A DNA stretch of 64,000 nt from Patescibacteria group bacterium. Its GTDB lineage: Bacteria; Patescibacteriota; Patescibacteriia; Patescibacteriales; UBA12465. Both the position numbers and the translations under genes were made by a program. Position 1 is the first letter of the stretch; each line of letters starts with the position of its first letter. The stretch spans positions 421,883 through 485,882 of the forward strand of contig JBAZJK010000001.1 of the NCBI GenBank assembly GCA_041651355.1, given 5' to 3'. Below the pieces are notes generated by a model. The model searched no databases. It was not told where the DNA came from and was given only the letters and a program-made list of their open reading frames with translations. This document shows, piece by piece, positions 17,863 through 26,399 of the stretch.

Positions 17863-17934
17863 AAATGAAATTAAATAAGATGATTTTATTATAACATAAT
17901 TTTATAAAACAAGAAATTGTCAAGCGGCCGGTCA

Positions 17935-17962
17935 TTGCCAAAACAAGCCGATGTTATATAAT
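17935..17962 (+). promoter_or_regulatory. Sigma70-type promoter for the tagA-nudix gene
   Basis: TTGCCA-N16-TATAAT. The -10 lies inside the first tracked codons, which favours the ATG at 17969 (MNILGIEV), possibly leaderless. Confidence 0.4.
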
Positions 17963-19150
17963 AAAAATATGAATATTTTAGGAATCGAGGTCTCAGAGCT
18001 GTCCCAGGAAGAAGTCTGGAAAAAAATCAGAAGCTTCTTAACAGATGGCCGACCGCACTACATCGTCACTCCTAACCCGGAAATAATTCTCGCCTCTCAT
18101 CAAGATGAGGAGTTTTTTTATATCTTAAACCAAGCTGATCTAGCTCCGGCTGACGGCTTCGGTTTAAAACTCGCCGCCCTAACCAGAGGGAAGGCGCTGC
18201 CACGGATCAGCGGATCAGACCTGAGCCCGAAAATACTAGAATTAGCCGCCCAAAAAGAGTTAAGGGTGGCAATCATTAATTTCAAATACGGATTGTCTAA
18301 AAAAGACGACATAGAAACCGCTTTAAAGAAAAAATTCCCTGAGCTGAAGATGATAATTATAGATACTGACAAAAAATCAGAGTTAAGCGCCGAGGAACTA
18401 CACTTGATAAATCAATTTTCTCCCAACATCCTGTTTACTAGCCTGGGTGCCCCCTACCAAGAAAAGATTATCTGGCACAGCCTAGCCCAGATTCCCAGCC
18501 TTAATCTGGCCTTAGGGGTTGGCGGCAGCTTTGATTTCATCACCGGTAAGATAAAGAGAGCGCCTAAGCTAATGAGACGCTTGGGCTTGGAATGGCTATT
18601 TAGACTAATCAAACAACCCTGGCGCGCGCAAAGGATATTTAAGGCAACTTTCATATTTTCCACCAAGGTATTTTTCTGGCGCTTCGTCCACCCTTTTATG
18701 TACCGTCCCAACGTCGCCTGCTGGTTATATCGTGAATGTAGCGGTACTTACGAAGTCCTAATAGTGGAAAGAAGGGAAGAAAAGGGTCACTGGCAGTTAC
18801 CTCAAGGAGGAACCGACGGTCAGAGCCTGCAGAAAGCTGGAGCCAGAGAGCTAGAAGAAGAATTGGACACTAAAAAGCTAATCGTCCGGGCCTGCTATCG
18901 TAATCTCTATAAATACAAAATGCCCAGTTTGATCCAAAAAATATACGGCTACAAAGGCCAAAGCCAGGGCTTATGCCTAGCGGAATTTATCGGTGAAGAC
19001 GATGATATCAAGATAAATTTTTGGGACCACCAGGCCTGGGCTTGGGTCAAGCTTGATGATTTATTAGAACGTCTACACCCAGTACGCCGCGCAGGGGCAA
19101 AAATATTCCTCAGTAAGTTCCAAGAATATCTAAAGCAAAATAATCAATAA
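17951..19150 (+). CDS. Fusion protein: WecB/TagA/CpsF (GT26) glycosyltransferase domain plus C-terminal NUDIX hydrolase domain (likely start 17969)
   Basis: GT26 domain: VTPNPEI...ADGFG...GAPYQEKIIW...GVGGSFDFITGKIKRAPKLMRRLGLEWLFRLIKQPWR. NUDIX box: GHWQLPQGGTDGQSLQKAGARELEEELD. Confidence 0.8.
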   Translation: MLYNKNMNILGIEVSELSQEEVWKKIRSFLTDGRPHYIVTPNPEIILASHQDEEFFYILNQADLAPADGFGLKLAALTRGKALPRISGSDLSPKILELAAQKELRVAIINFKYGLSKKDDIETALKKKFPELKMIIIDTDKKSELSAEELHLINQFSPNILFTSLGAPYQEKIIWHSLAQIPSLNLALGVGGSFDFITGKIKRAPKLMRRLGLEWLFRLIKQPWRAQRIFKATFIFSTKVFFWRFVHPFMYRPNVACWLYRECSGTYEVLIVERREEKGHWQLPQGGTDGQSLQKAGARELEEELDTKKLIVRACYRNLYKYKMPSLIQKIYGYKGQSQGLCLAEFIGEDDDIKINFWDHQAWAWVKLDDLLERLHPVRRAGAKIFLSKFQEYLKQNNQ

Positions 19151-19153
19151 TAT

Positions 19154-20650
19154 ATGGCAAAAAAAATTAGGTTGCGTTTTGCACCTTCGCCAACCGGCTT
19201 CCTTCACATCGGAAACCTACGTTCCGCCCTTTTCGGCTACTTACTCGCCAAGAGCTGGAAGGGAAAATTCATATTACGCATCGAAGATACTGATCAAAAA
19301 AGGGAAGTCGAGGGCGCTATTGGTAAACTCTTGGATATCTTAGCTTGGATAGGCATCAAATTTGACGAAGGTCCAGGCTTGGGCGGCGACTTCGGCCCCT
19401 ATATCCAAACCCAACGCTTAGAAACATACCATGAACTATCCAAAGAGCTTATCGCCAGCGGCCAAGCCTATCGCTGTTTCTGTAGCGAGGAACGCTTAAC
19501 GAAGATGCGAGAGGACCAGCAAGCTAATAAGCAAGCGCCACGATATGACCGCCTGTGCCGCCATCTTAGTGCCGAAGAAATAGATGATAAGCTGAAAAGC
19601 GGATATAAATACGTTATCCGTCAAAAGATGCCTCTGGAGGGCGAAATTAAAGTATACGACGAATTACGTGGAGAAATAACTTTTTCCGCCGCTGATTTAG
19701 ATGACCAGGTCTTGATCAAATCTGACGGCGTCCCGACTTATCAATTTGCCAATATCGTTGACGACCACCTGATGGAAATTTCCCACGTTACTAGAGGGGA
19801 AGAGTGGTTGCCCTCCTTCCCTAAGAATATCTTGCTCTACCAGGCTTTCGGCTGGACGCCGCCAAAATTTATCCATCTTCCCCTCATCCTCAATAAAGGC
19901 GGGGGCAAGTTAAGCAAAAGGCAGGGCGATGTCTTCGTGGAAGATTATAAGAATAAAGGCTATCTACCTGAAGCCATCACCAATTTTTGCGCTTTGCTCG
20001 GATGGCACGCTAAAGATGATCAGGAGTTATACGTCCTGAAAGATCTGGTTAAAAAATTCAGCCTCGAAGGCTTAGGGTCTAGCCCGGCCATCTTTGATTT
20101 AGATAAATTAAATTACTTTAACGCCTACTACTTAAGGAAGAAGAGCCTCAAGGAATTAAGTGAAATCTGCTTGCCCTTCCTTTTGGCGGCCGGGGTGATA
20201 GAAACGGCCGGGCGCAGTTATAAGGTAGTAAGCGATGGGCGCCTAATTACCAGTCCCCAGCTTAAAAAAGTAATTGCCTTAGCCCAAGAAAGATTAGTTT
20301 GCGGCCAAGATATAACCGAGCTCACCCTATTTATTTGGCAAGAGATTTCCTATCCTCCCGATCTTTTACGCTGGAAGAGTTTGGATCTGGCTACCATTAA
20401 AGCTAACCTGGAGGAGTTATACCAGCTTCTATCTGTCATTGAAAAGAAAAACTGGGACAAAGATTATTTAGAAACTCTCATAATTAATTACCTGAAAAGC
20501 CATAATAAGCCGAATGGAGATTATCTATGGCCCCTACGCGTCTCTTTGAGCGGAGCTAAAAACAGTCCCAGCCCATTTGAAATTGCCGGTGCTCTAGGCA
20601 AGGACTTAAGTTTGCAAAGGATAGTGAAGGGGATTAGTTTGATAAAATAG
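19154..20650 (+). CDS. gltX: Glutamyl-tRNA synthetase
   Basis: RFAPSPTGFLHIGNLRSALF (HIGH motif) and KLSKR (KMSKS motif). Confidence 0.92.
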   Translation: MAKKIRLRFAPSPTGFLHIGNLRSALFGYLLAKSWKGKFILRIEDTDQKREVEGAIGKLLDILAWIGIKFDEGPGLGGDFGPYIQTQRLETYHELSKELIASGQAYRCFCSEERLTKMREDQQANKQAPRYDRLCRHLSAEEIDDKLKSGYKYVIRQKMPLEGEIKVYDELRGEITFSAADLDDQVLIKSDGVPTYQFANIVDDHLMEISHVTRGEEWLPSFPKNILLYQAFGWTPPKFIHLPLILNKGGGKLSKRQGDVFVEDYKNKGYLPEAITNFCALLGWHAKDDQELYVLKDLVKKFSLEGLGSSPAIFDLDKLNYFNAYYLRKKSLKELSEICLPFLLAAGVIETAGRSYKVVSDGRLITSPQLKKVIALAQERLVCGQDITELTLFIWQEISYPPDLLRWKSLDLATIKANLEELYQLLSVIEKKNWDKDYLETLIINYLKSHNKPNGDYLWPLRVSLSGAKNSPSPFEIAGALGKDLSLQRIVKGISLIK

Positions 20651-20654
20651 GACT

Positions 20655-20683
20655 GAAAAAACCGCTTTTTTAGCGGTTTTTTA
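20655..20683 (+). terminator. Rho-independent terminator after gltX
   Basis: AAAAAACCGCT-ttttt-AGCGGTTTTTT. Confidence 0.7.
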
Positions 20684-20727
20684 TTTCCCAAAAGCTTTTG
20701 AATATGATATAATAGCGATATAAAACC

Positions 20728-21957
20728 ATGAAAAAGATAGTCAGAGTTTTAATATTACTTCTTCTTATCGGCTCGATACTGCCTAGAGCCGGTTTTGTCT
20801 TAGGGCAGAATGGCGGCGATTTTAATGAAGAAATAGATACCTTAAATCAAAAAATCCAGGCTCAAAAGAAACAGATTGAAACGCTCCAATCTAAACAACG
20901 AGCCTATTCCGCCTTAATCGCTGAAAAACAGAAAGAGAAAAACAGCCTCAATAAGCAGTTATCAATCTTGGAAGATTCCGCCGCTAAATTACAACTGGAT
21001 ATTGACGGCGTTAATCTGGAAATAGATAGAAACAATTTAGAAACTAAGAAAATACAACTTAATATCGAAAATACCGACCGGGCCATCAGTCGAGAAAAAG
21101 AACATATGGCTCGACTGCTCAGGCTGATATACAAGCAAGACCAAGTCTCCACCTTGGAAATTCTTTTGCTTAACGATTCTTTAACTGAATTCCTTAACCA
21201 GATGAAATATCTGGAAAATACCAACGAAGAGATCGCTAATAGCTTAGAAACCTTGCAAGAAAATAAAAATGAATTAGAGATAAACAAGCAAGCCTTGCTT
21301 GATAAGAAAAAGGAGCTGGACAGTTTGCAGGCGGATCTACAAGAAAAAAATGGCCGCTTGGTAGCAGAAAAAGAAGACAAAGAATTTATCTTAGACCAAA
21401 CCAGGTCTTCGGAAAAAGCCTATCAGAATCTCTTAGCCCAAGCGAAAAGGGAACAGGACCAAGCCGCTAGTGAAATTCTCAGCTTAGAAAAGACGGTTAG
21501 GGATAAATTAGCTAAAAGCCAAAAAAATAAATTAGACAATTCTGACTCTAGTATGGCTTGGCCGGTAGCTAAGAGCTACGTCACTGCCACCTTCCATGAT
21601 CCTGATTATCCCTTCCGAAATCTTTTAGGTGAACATTCTGGAGTAGATATCAGAGCGGGCCAGGGCAGTTTGGTTAAAGCGGCCGCTTCAGGCTATGTCG
21701 CCCGAGTCAAATTCAATGGCACGAAGAGCTATGCCTATATCATGATCATCCATAATGATGGCCTATCAACTGTCTACGGCCACGTCTCCGGGGTAAATGT
21801 GGAAGCCGACCAATATGTGGAAAAGGGGCAGATCATAGGCCGTAGCGGTGGTATGCCTGGCTCGATCGGATCCGGCGGCTTCACCAGTGGACCCCATCTC
21901 CATTTTGAAGTCCGTAAAAACGGCTTGCCAGTTGACCCTCTAGAATACTTACCATAA
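20728..21957 (+). CDS. M23-family metallopeptidase with N-terminal coiled coil (EnvC-like)
   Basis: Signal peptide and a long Q/E/K coiled coil. HSGVDI...GPHLHFEVRKNG are the M23 motifs. Confidence 0.85.
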   Translation: MKKIVRVLILLLLIGSILPRAGFVLGQNGGDFNEEIDTLNQKIQAQKKQIETLQSKQRAYSALIAEKQKEKNSLNKQLSILEDSAAKLQLDIDGVNLEIDRNNLETKKIQLNIENTDRAISREKEHMARLLRLIYKQDQVSTLEILLLNDSLTEFLNQMKYLENTNEEIANSLETLQENKNELEINKQALLDKKKELDSLQADLQEKNGRLVAEKEDKEFILDQTRSSEKAYQNLLAQAKREQDQAASEILSLEKTVRDKLAKSQKNKLDNSDSSMAWPVAKSYVTATFHDPDYPFRNLLGEHSGVDIRAGQGSLVKAAASGYVARVKFNGTKSYAYIMIIHNDGLSTVYGHVSGVNVEADQYVEKGQIIGRSGGMPGSIGSGGFTSGPHLHFEVRKNGLPVDPLEYLP

Positions 21958-21975
21958 AAATAGCTAATATCAAAC

Positions 21976-22006
21976 AAAAAACACTATTACTAAATAGTGT
22001 TTTTTA
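21976..22006 (+). terminator. Rho-independent terminator after the M23 gene
   Basis: ACACTATT-acta-AATAGTGT followed by T5. Confidence 0.65.
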
Positions 22007-22008
22007 TA

Positions 22009-22037
22009 TTGACAAATAATATTAAATATGTTATAAT
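22009..22037 (+). promoter_or_regulatory. Consensus sigma70 promoter
   Basis: TTGACA-N17-TATAAT, preceded by TG (extended -10). Confidence 0.6.
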
Positions 22038-22068
22038 TGCACTAGTTAATTTTAAAATATATACAGAA

Positions 22069-22233
22069 ATGGAAGCTTACTTATATGTTAATATTGGCCT
22101 TTTTACTCTGTCTATGATTTGTGGCATCATAGGAATACGTAGACTGAAAAAAACCATAGCCTGGAATAGGCAAAACAAAAAAGAATTCCAGGAAAGAATG
22201 GAAGCAATACAAAAAAAAGCCGCCCTCGAATGA
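22069..22233 (+). CDS. Small membrane protein (54 aa), hypothetical
   Basis: Internal Met of tracked ORF 21997..22233, chosen because the promoter lies at 22009..22037. MEAYLYVNIGLFTLSMICGIIGI is a TM, followed by a basic tail. Confidence 0.4.
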   Translation: MEAYLYVNIGLFTLSMICGIIGIRRLKKTIAWNRQNKKEFQERMEAIQKKAALE

Positions 22234-22249
22234 GAGCGGCCCTTTTTTT
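22211..22249. terminator. Bidirectional terminator between convergent genes
   Basis: A8-GCCGC(cc)TC...GAGCGGC-CC-T7. Confidence 0.5.
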
Positions 22250-22252
22250 ATC

Positions 22253-23197
22253 TTAATCTTTTAGCGGATGAAACTTCTGTTGGATCTTCCTGGCATATAA
22301 ATCAGAAGCGTGTACATATCTGGTCGTAGTATCTAAGGACTCATGGCCCAAAAGAACCTGGATAGCAGCCGGGTTAGCGCCTGATTCGGCCAAATAAGTA
22401 GCGAAGCCATGCCTTAGGGAGTGAGCGGAGGTGGGGACATTAATGCCCAAGAGCTCACGATATTTTTTTATCCTTTCCTGTAAATAATTAGTAGATATTT
22501 TTTTATTCTTTTCCGTATTATTTAAACCGCGATAGGGAATGAAAACGAAAGGGGAATCGGAACTACCTCTCGCCTTATCAATATACTCATTTAAGTGTTT
22601 AAAGGCTCTAGGGGTGAGATAGACAAAGCGTTCTTTCTTGCCTTTGCCCAAGACGAATATCTTACCTTCTTTATCAATCGCGTTCAATTTTAAATTCACC
22701 AACTCAGAAATTCTCAAACCGGTAGAAAACAAGACTTCTAGCATAGCTCGATTACGAGAAGCTACTAGAACGTTTTTTTCAAAACGTGAAGGAAATTCCA
22801 AAAGTTTAACCAACTCATCTAATTCCGCAACCTGCGGTTTTTTCTTAACAGTCTTGATCATTTTTATCACATCCGGGGGCAGGGGAGCTTTATAGTCCAT
22901 TTCAATCAGGTATTTGAAGTAGGTCCTAATAACAGAGAGCATGCGGTTAATAGAGTAGGCATTGAGGCGTTTCTGGCCTAAACGGCTATTAGCGGTCTTG
23001 CGGTCAACCGAAGTGAGTAAGGCTTTATAGTTTAAAATATCCCGTTTACTCAAATTAGAAAATTTAATTTTATTTTCATTTAAAAATTCCGCGAATACTT
23101 CTAAGTCGCGTTCGTAATTATATAAAGTCTCCGGGGAATAGTTGTTGACCTTGAGATTGAGGAGAAAATCATCAAACAAGGGCAGTTGATTGGGCAT
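22253..23197 (-). CDS. xerC: Tyrosine recombinase, XerC/XerD family
   Basis: SAM-like N-terminal domain. Catalytic region GLRISEL...HSLRHGFATYLAESGANPAAIQVLLGHESLDTTTRYVH. Confidence 0.85.
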   Translation of the reverse strand: MPNQLPLFDDFLLNLKVNNYSPETLYNYERDLEVFAEFLNENKIKFSNLSKRDILNYKALLTSVDRKTANSRLGQKRLNAYSINRMLSVIRTYFKYLIEMDYKAPLPPDVIKMIKTVKKKPQVAELDELVKLLEFPSRFEKNVLVASRNRAMLEVLFSTGLRISELVNLKLNAIDKEGKIFVLGKGKKERFVYLTPRAFKHLNEYIDKARGSSDSPFVFIPYRGLNNTEKNKKISTNYLQERIKKYRELLGINVPTSAHSLRHGFATYLAESGANPAAIQVLLGHESLDTTTRYVHASDLYARKIQQKFHPLKD

Positions 23198-23220
23198 ACT
23201 GGCTTTGATTAGGCTTTATC

Positions 23221-23256
23221 TATAACTGAGTATAATATCCCTTACACTCAGTTATA
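23221..23256. repeat. Perfect 11-bp inverted repeat upstream of the recombinase gene
   Basis: TATAACTGAGT-N14-ACTCAGTTATA, 24-59 nt upstream of the xerC-like ATG. Confidence 0.8.
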
Positions 23257-23292
23257 TTCTAGCTAATTCCTAGGATATATGCAATCAGCTAG

Positions 23293-23439
23293 TTAAAGCC
23301 TGGTAATAAGCAATCCCCAGAAATGGACATCCGGATTAAACAAAAGGATGATCTTAATAGCCAGGATAAAAGCTCCGATAACAATCAAACAAAAAACCAA
23401 GATTGCCAGGAAAAATGTAATTTTAAAAAGATTTTCCAT
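23293..23439 (-). CDS. Possible small membrane protein (48 aa)
   Basis: My translation is MENLFKITFFLAILVFCLIVIGAFILAIKIILLFNPDVHFWGLLITRL. It is below the ORF-track cutoff, has one TM, and lies 3 nt after the ftsQ-like stop. Confidence 0.3.
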   Translation of the reverse strand: MENLFKITFFLAILVFCLIVIGAFILAIKIILLFNPDVHFWGLLITRL

Positions 23440-23442
23440 ATA

Positions 23443-24291
23443 TTATTGATAATAGACCTTATCTTGATACCTAAGGTCGATATATTTTAATTTAGCAAAA
23501 GCATCTTTAATCGTCTCCTTTTTAACCACCAAAAGCTTATTAAGCTGGTCCAGAGCCTCTTCCCTGGTGCTGAAGTAGATTTCCGGGCCTTCTAAGCTTA
23601 ATTTCACGGTATTGAGCTCATTATCGATAAAATATTTTTTTACTTTCAAATCCGGATATTTTTCCAGCTCAACCGCGATTTTCAGAATGAAGGGCAGGTA
23701 ACTTTCATTTAAATCGAGGTAATTATCCTTGATCAAGCTATGGCCGGTGCGATTTTCCAGGATAAAATATTGTTGTTTCTTTTCGTCTGACACCGCTTCA
23801 TCCCTAATCAGGCTTCCCTGCTGGTCGGAAAAATAATAGGAATCGCCTTCCTGCCAGATGAAAGCATAGGGGCGCTCACTGAGCCTAATTGATACCCTGC
23901 CCCTTAAGGGCGAATTCTTAATCTCTAAAGAAGCGAAATTAAAAGCTGAATTAATATCTTTTTCTAAACTTTTCTTATCTAAAATAAATAGGTTAGCTTG
24001 GGAAAAAATCAAAAATCTTTTTTTCTCAGTTTGTCGCCAAACTATATCCTCCACGGCTTTAGGATCGACCCTTTGGCCGCCCTCTACCTTCACCGCCCTC
24101 ACCCGGAAAAGAGGAGAAAACCAGATAGCCCAAACGATTAGGATTATAAGCAATAAGGCTAATACTAAGCGCCATTTAAAAGACGATGGCCGGCCCTTCT
24201 TCTTAATACGGAAAAAAGGATTCTTTAAACCCTTGGCTTGATAATCTTTTTTCAGAGCTCGCCCCCTGTATTTAGGTTTTTCTTTTAACAT
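23443..24291 (-). CDS. ftsQ: Cell division protein FtsQ/DivIB-like (POTRA)
   Basis: Basic N-terminus, a single TM, then FRVRAVKVEGGQRVDPKAVEDIV (POTRA-like start). Confidence 0.65.
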   Translation of the reverse strand: MLKEKPKYRGRALKKDYQAKGLKNPFFRIKKKGRPSSFKWRLVLALLLIILIVWAIWFSPLFRVRAVKVEGGQRVDPKAVEDIVWRQTEKKRFLIFSQANLFILDKKSLEKDINSAFNFASLEIKNSPLRGRVSIRLSERPYAFIWQEGDSYYFSDQQGSLIRDEAVSDEKKQQYFILENRTGHSLIKDNYLDLNESYLPFILKIAVELEKYPDLKVKKYFIDNELNTVKLSLEGPEIYFSTREEALDQLNKLLVVKKETIKDAFAKLKYIDLRYQDKVYYQ

Positions 24292-24302
24292 CGGAGTAGA
24301 TA

Positions 24303-25403
24303 TTAAACTATTACACGGCGAATATTGGCTTGCAGCCTGACCAAGACTTCATAAGGAATCGTATCGATCGCCTGGGCGATACTTTCTACGGAGTTGAGAG
24401 CTTGGCACTCATTACTGATAAGCTCAACTTCCTGGCCGACTGCGGCCGGAATATCACCGATGTCCAAAACGGTCAGATTCATGCTTATTCGGCCAGCTAT
24501 CTTAACTTCTCGACCTTGCAACTTGAATCTTATCTGGGAAGGCCCTAAACGCCTATCCAGGCCCTCAAAATAGCCAAAAGGGATAACTGCCGCTCGAGTT
24601 TTCTTTTGGACCACATAATCGGTGCCATAAGAAACAGTTTCTCCCGGCTCTAAATCCTGCAAAGCGACAATCTTTGAATAAACTCTAAGAGCCGGCTTGA
24701 GGCGCTCATCGCCATAACCATAAAAGGAGAGGCCGATCCGGAAAGTATTAGCTAACTTATTCTGGGCTGTAAAAAAGCCCAAAGAATTGCTTAAGTGCAG
24801 ATATCTGGGATTTATCCCCTGCTCTTTCAAATAAGACACCATTGACAAAAATTTATTTTCTTGTTCATCAGTTTTAGGTCCGGACGCGGCTAGGTGAGAG
24901 CAGATTCCAGAAATCTGCAGTCGAGAGAGAGATTCCCGGCCAGCTTCATAGAAACTTTTAATATCCTTAATTCCCTCTCGATTCATACCGGTGTTAAGGA
25001 AAAGATGGATCTTGGCGCCAGGATGATTTTGAGCGAGATATTTGATCGTGTCTAAATTATAAACACAGAACTCCGTCCGATTAAAATTACAATATTTATA
25101 AGTCCCCAGGGGCATTTCGCCCAAAATCAAAACCCGGCCCTTAAAATTACTATAAACTATCTGAGCCTCAGGAAAAGAATCGACAACTACCATCCTAGCC
25201 TGGCTGCGATTAAGTATCTGACAGACTTCTTTCAGACCGTGGCCATAGGCATTAGATTTCAAGACCGGCCAAATCTGAGATTGCGGTTTCAAAGATTGCA
25301 GAAAATCATAATTAAATAGGAGATTACTAGCAACGATCTCAATCCGATTCAAGCTTTCATAGCGCGGTTTTATCAATTGTCTTAAAAGATTAATCATAAT
25401 CAT
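24303..25403 (-). CDS. alr: Alanine racemase
   Basis: VLKSNAYGHG PLP-lysine motif; length and C-terminal beta domain are consistent. Confidence 0.85.
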   Translation of the reverse strand: MIMINLLRQLIKPRYESLNRIEIVASNLLFNYDFLQSLKPQSQIWPVLKSNAYGHGLKEVCQILNRSQARMVVVDSFPEAQIVYSNFKGRVLILGEMPLGTYKYCNFNRTEFCVYNLDTIKYLAQNHPGAKIHLFLNTGMNREGIKDIKSFYEAGRESLSRLQISGICSHLAASGPKTDEQENKFLSMVSYLKEQGINPRYLHLSNSLGFFTAQNKLANTFRIGLSFYGYGDERLKPALRVYSKIVALQDLEPGETVSYGTDYVVQKKTRAAVIPFGYFEGLDRRLGPSQIRFKLQGREVKIAGRISMNLTVLDIGDIPAAVGQEVELISNECQALNSVESIAQAIDTIPYEVLVRLQANIRRVIV

Positions 25404-26395
25404 TACTGAGCAACACGTCCCTGCCCTTGGTTCAAATTATCAAAACGAAGATTGGTGTCTAAATTATTCAGGCGCCCACTAATTTCTGAATTGCTAATTT
25501 TATCGAAAGCGCTATAACGGATACCGGTTAGCAAGTCAAGCACTTTATCCATGTCCTCTTCCCCTGGTACTAATTGGATTTCGAAACCAGCCCGGGCGTT
25601 AGTAGCAGCACTAAAAGCAGGAATCGCCCAAATCATTCGCCTATTAGTTTCATTATACTTCAAGCTACCGGACAAGAGACTTTTCTTGCCCGTAAAATCG
25701 ACCTTGGCCGGCAGTTGTAAACTAAGGACAAAATTCTCTAAATCTAAGCTAAAGTCAGCTAAGCTGAGGTCAACCCAATAATTAGTAGGCAAACCGACCT
25801 GAGGAGGCAAAGGCCCAGCCCCTAGCTGGTCACCTTGAGGACTATGATAGTAAATCTTCGCCTGAACTTTCAAATCGCTCGCTACCTGCAAATCAGGCAA
25901 AACCTGAAAATCACGGAACAACTGGCCCTGTCCTTTATATTCTAAGGCCGCTTGCCAGCCTATCTTGTCTCCAGGAATGAAAGGCCCCCTAGCTTCGATC
26001 GGGATGATTATGCCTTCAGCTGATTGGCCGGCTGGCAAATTATCAAGACTGAAATTAGCTGGAACAAAAGAATATTTATCATTCAGGCTTAGAAATTCCA
26101 GATTGAAAGCCTGCAAATCGCTAGCACCATTCTGGTAATCCAATTTGAGATTTATCTTTTCGCCGGGCCTGATGGTACTGGCTTGTTCGGTGTACAGCCT
26201 TACTGTCATGGGAGCTTTCTGCCACAAATCAGTCCGGGGTACTAGGCTAAAATCAAATACGGGGCGATAGCGCTGCCAGACGACCAAGCAGATCGCCAGG
26301 ATGATGATAATAAGCAAAGCACTAAGGTCTAGCACTAAGTGCCAACGGTTCTTTTGATAGAATCTTTCATGGCGCCTTCTTAAAAAATGTAACAT
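25403..26395 (-). CDS. Membrane-anchored hypothetical protein
   Basis: N-terminal TM (WHLVLDLSALLIIIILAICLVVW), then a beta-rich ectodomain. Start/stop overlap with alr. Confidence 0.6.
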   Translation of the reverse strand: MLHFLRRRHERFYQKNRWHLVLDLSALLIIIILAICLVVWQRYRPVFDFSLVPRTDLWQKAPMTVRLYTEQASTIRPGEKINLKLDYQNGASDLQAFNLEFLSLNDKYSFVPANFSLDNLPAGQSAEGIIIPIEARGPFIPGDKIGWQAALEYKGQGQLFRDFQVLPDLQVASDLKVQAKIYYHSPQGDQLGAGPLPPQVGLPTNYWVDLSLADFSLDLENFVLSLQLPAKVDFTGKKSLLSGSLKYNETNRRMIWAIPAFSAATNARAGFEIQLVPGEEDMDKVLDLLTGIRYSAFDKISNSEISGRLNNLDTNLRFDNLNQGQGRVAQ

Positions 26396-26399
26396 ATGG

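Noticed and set aside
21997-22068. Tracked start of ORF 21997..22233
   Set aside because: The first 24 codons overlap the terminator and the consensus promoter (22009..22037), so a transcript from that promoter can only encode the Met at 22069 onward.
22253-23442. Integrated mobile element or prophage boundary at the tyrosine recombinase
   Set aside because: The protein looks like a housekeeping XerC/D type. It is flanked by ftsQ/alr and the M23 peptidase. I saw no direct att-like repeats or phage genes in the window.
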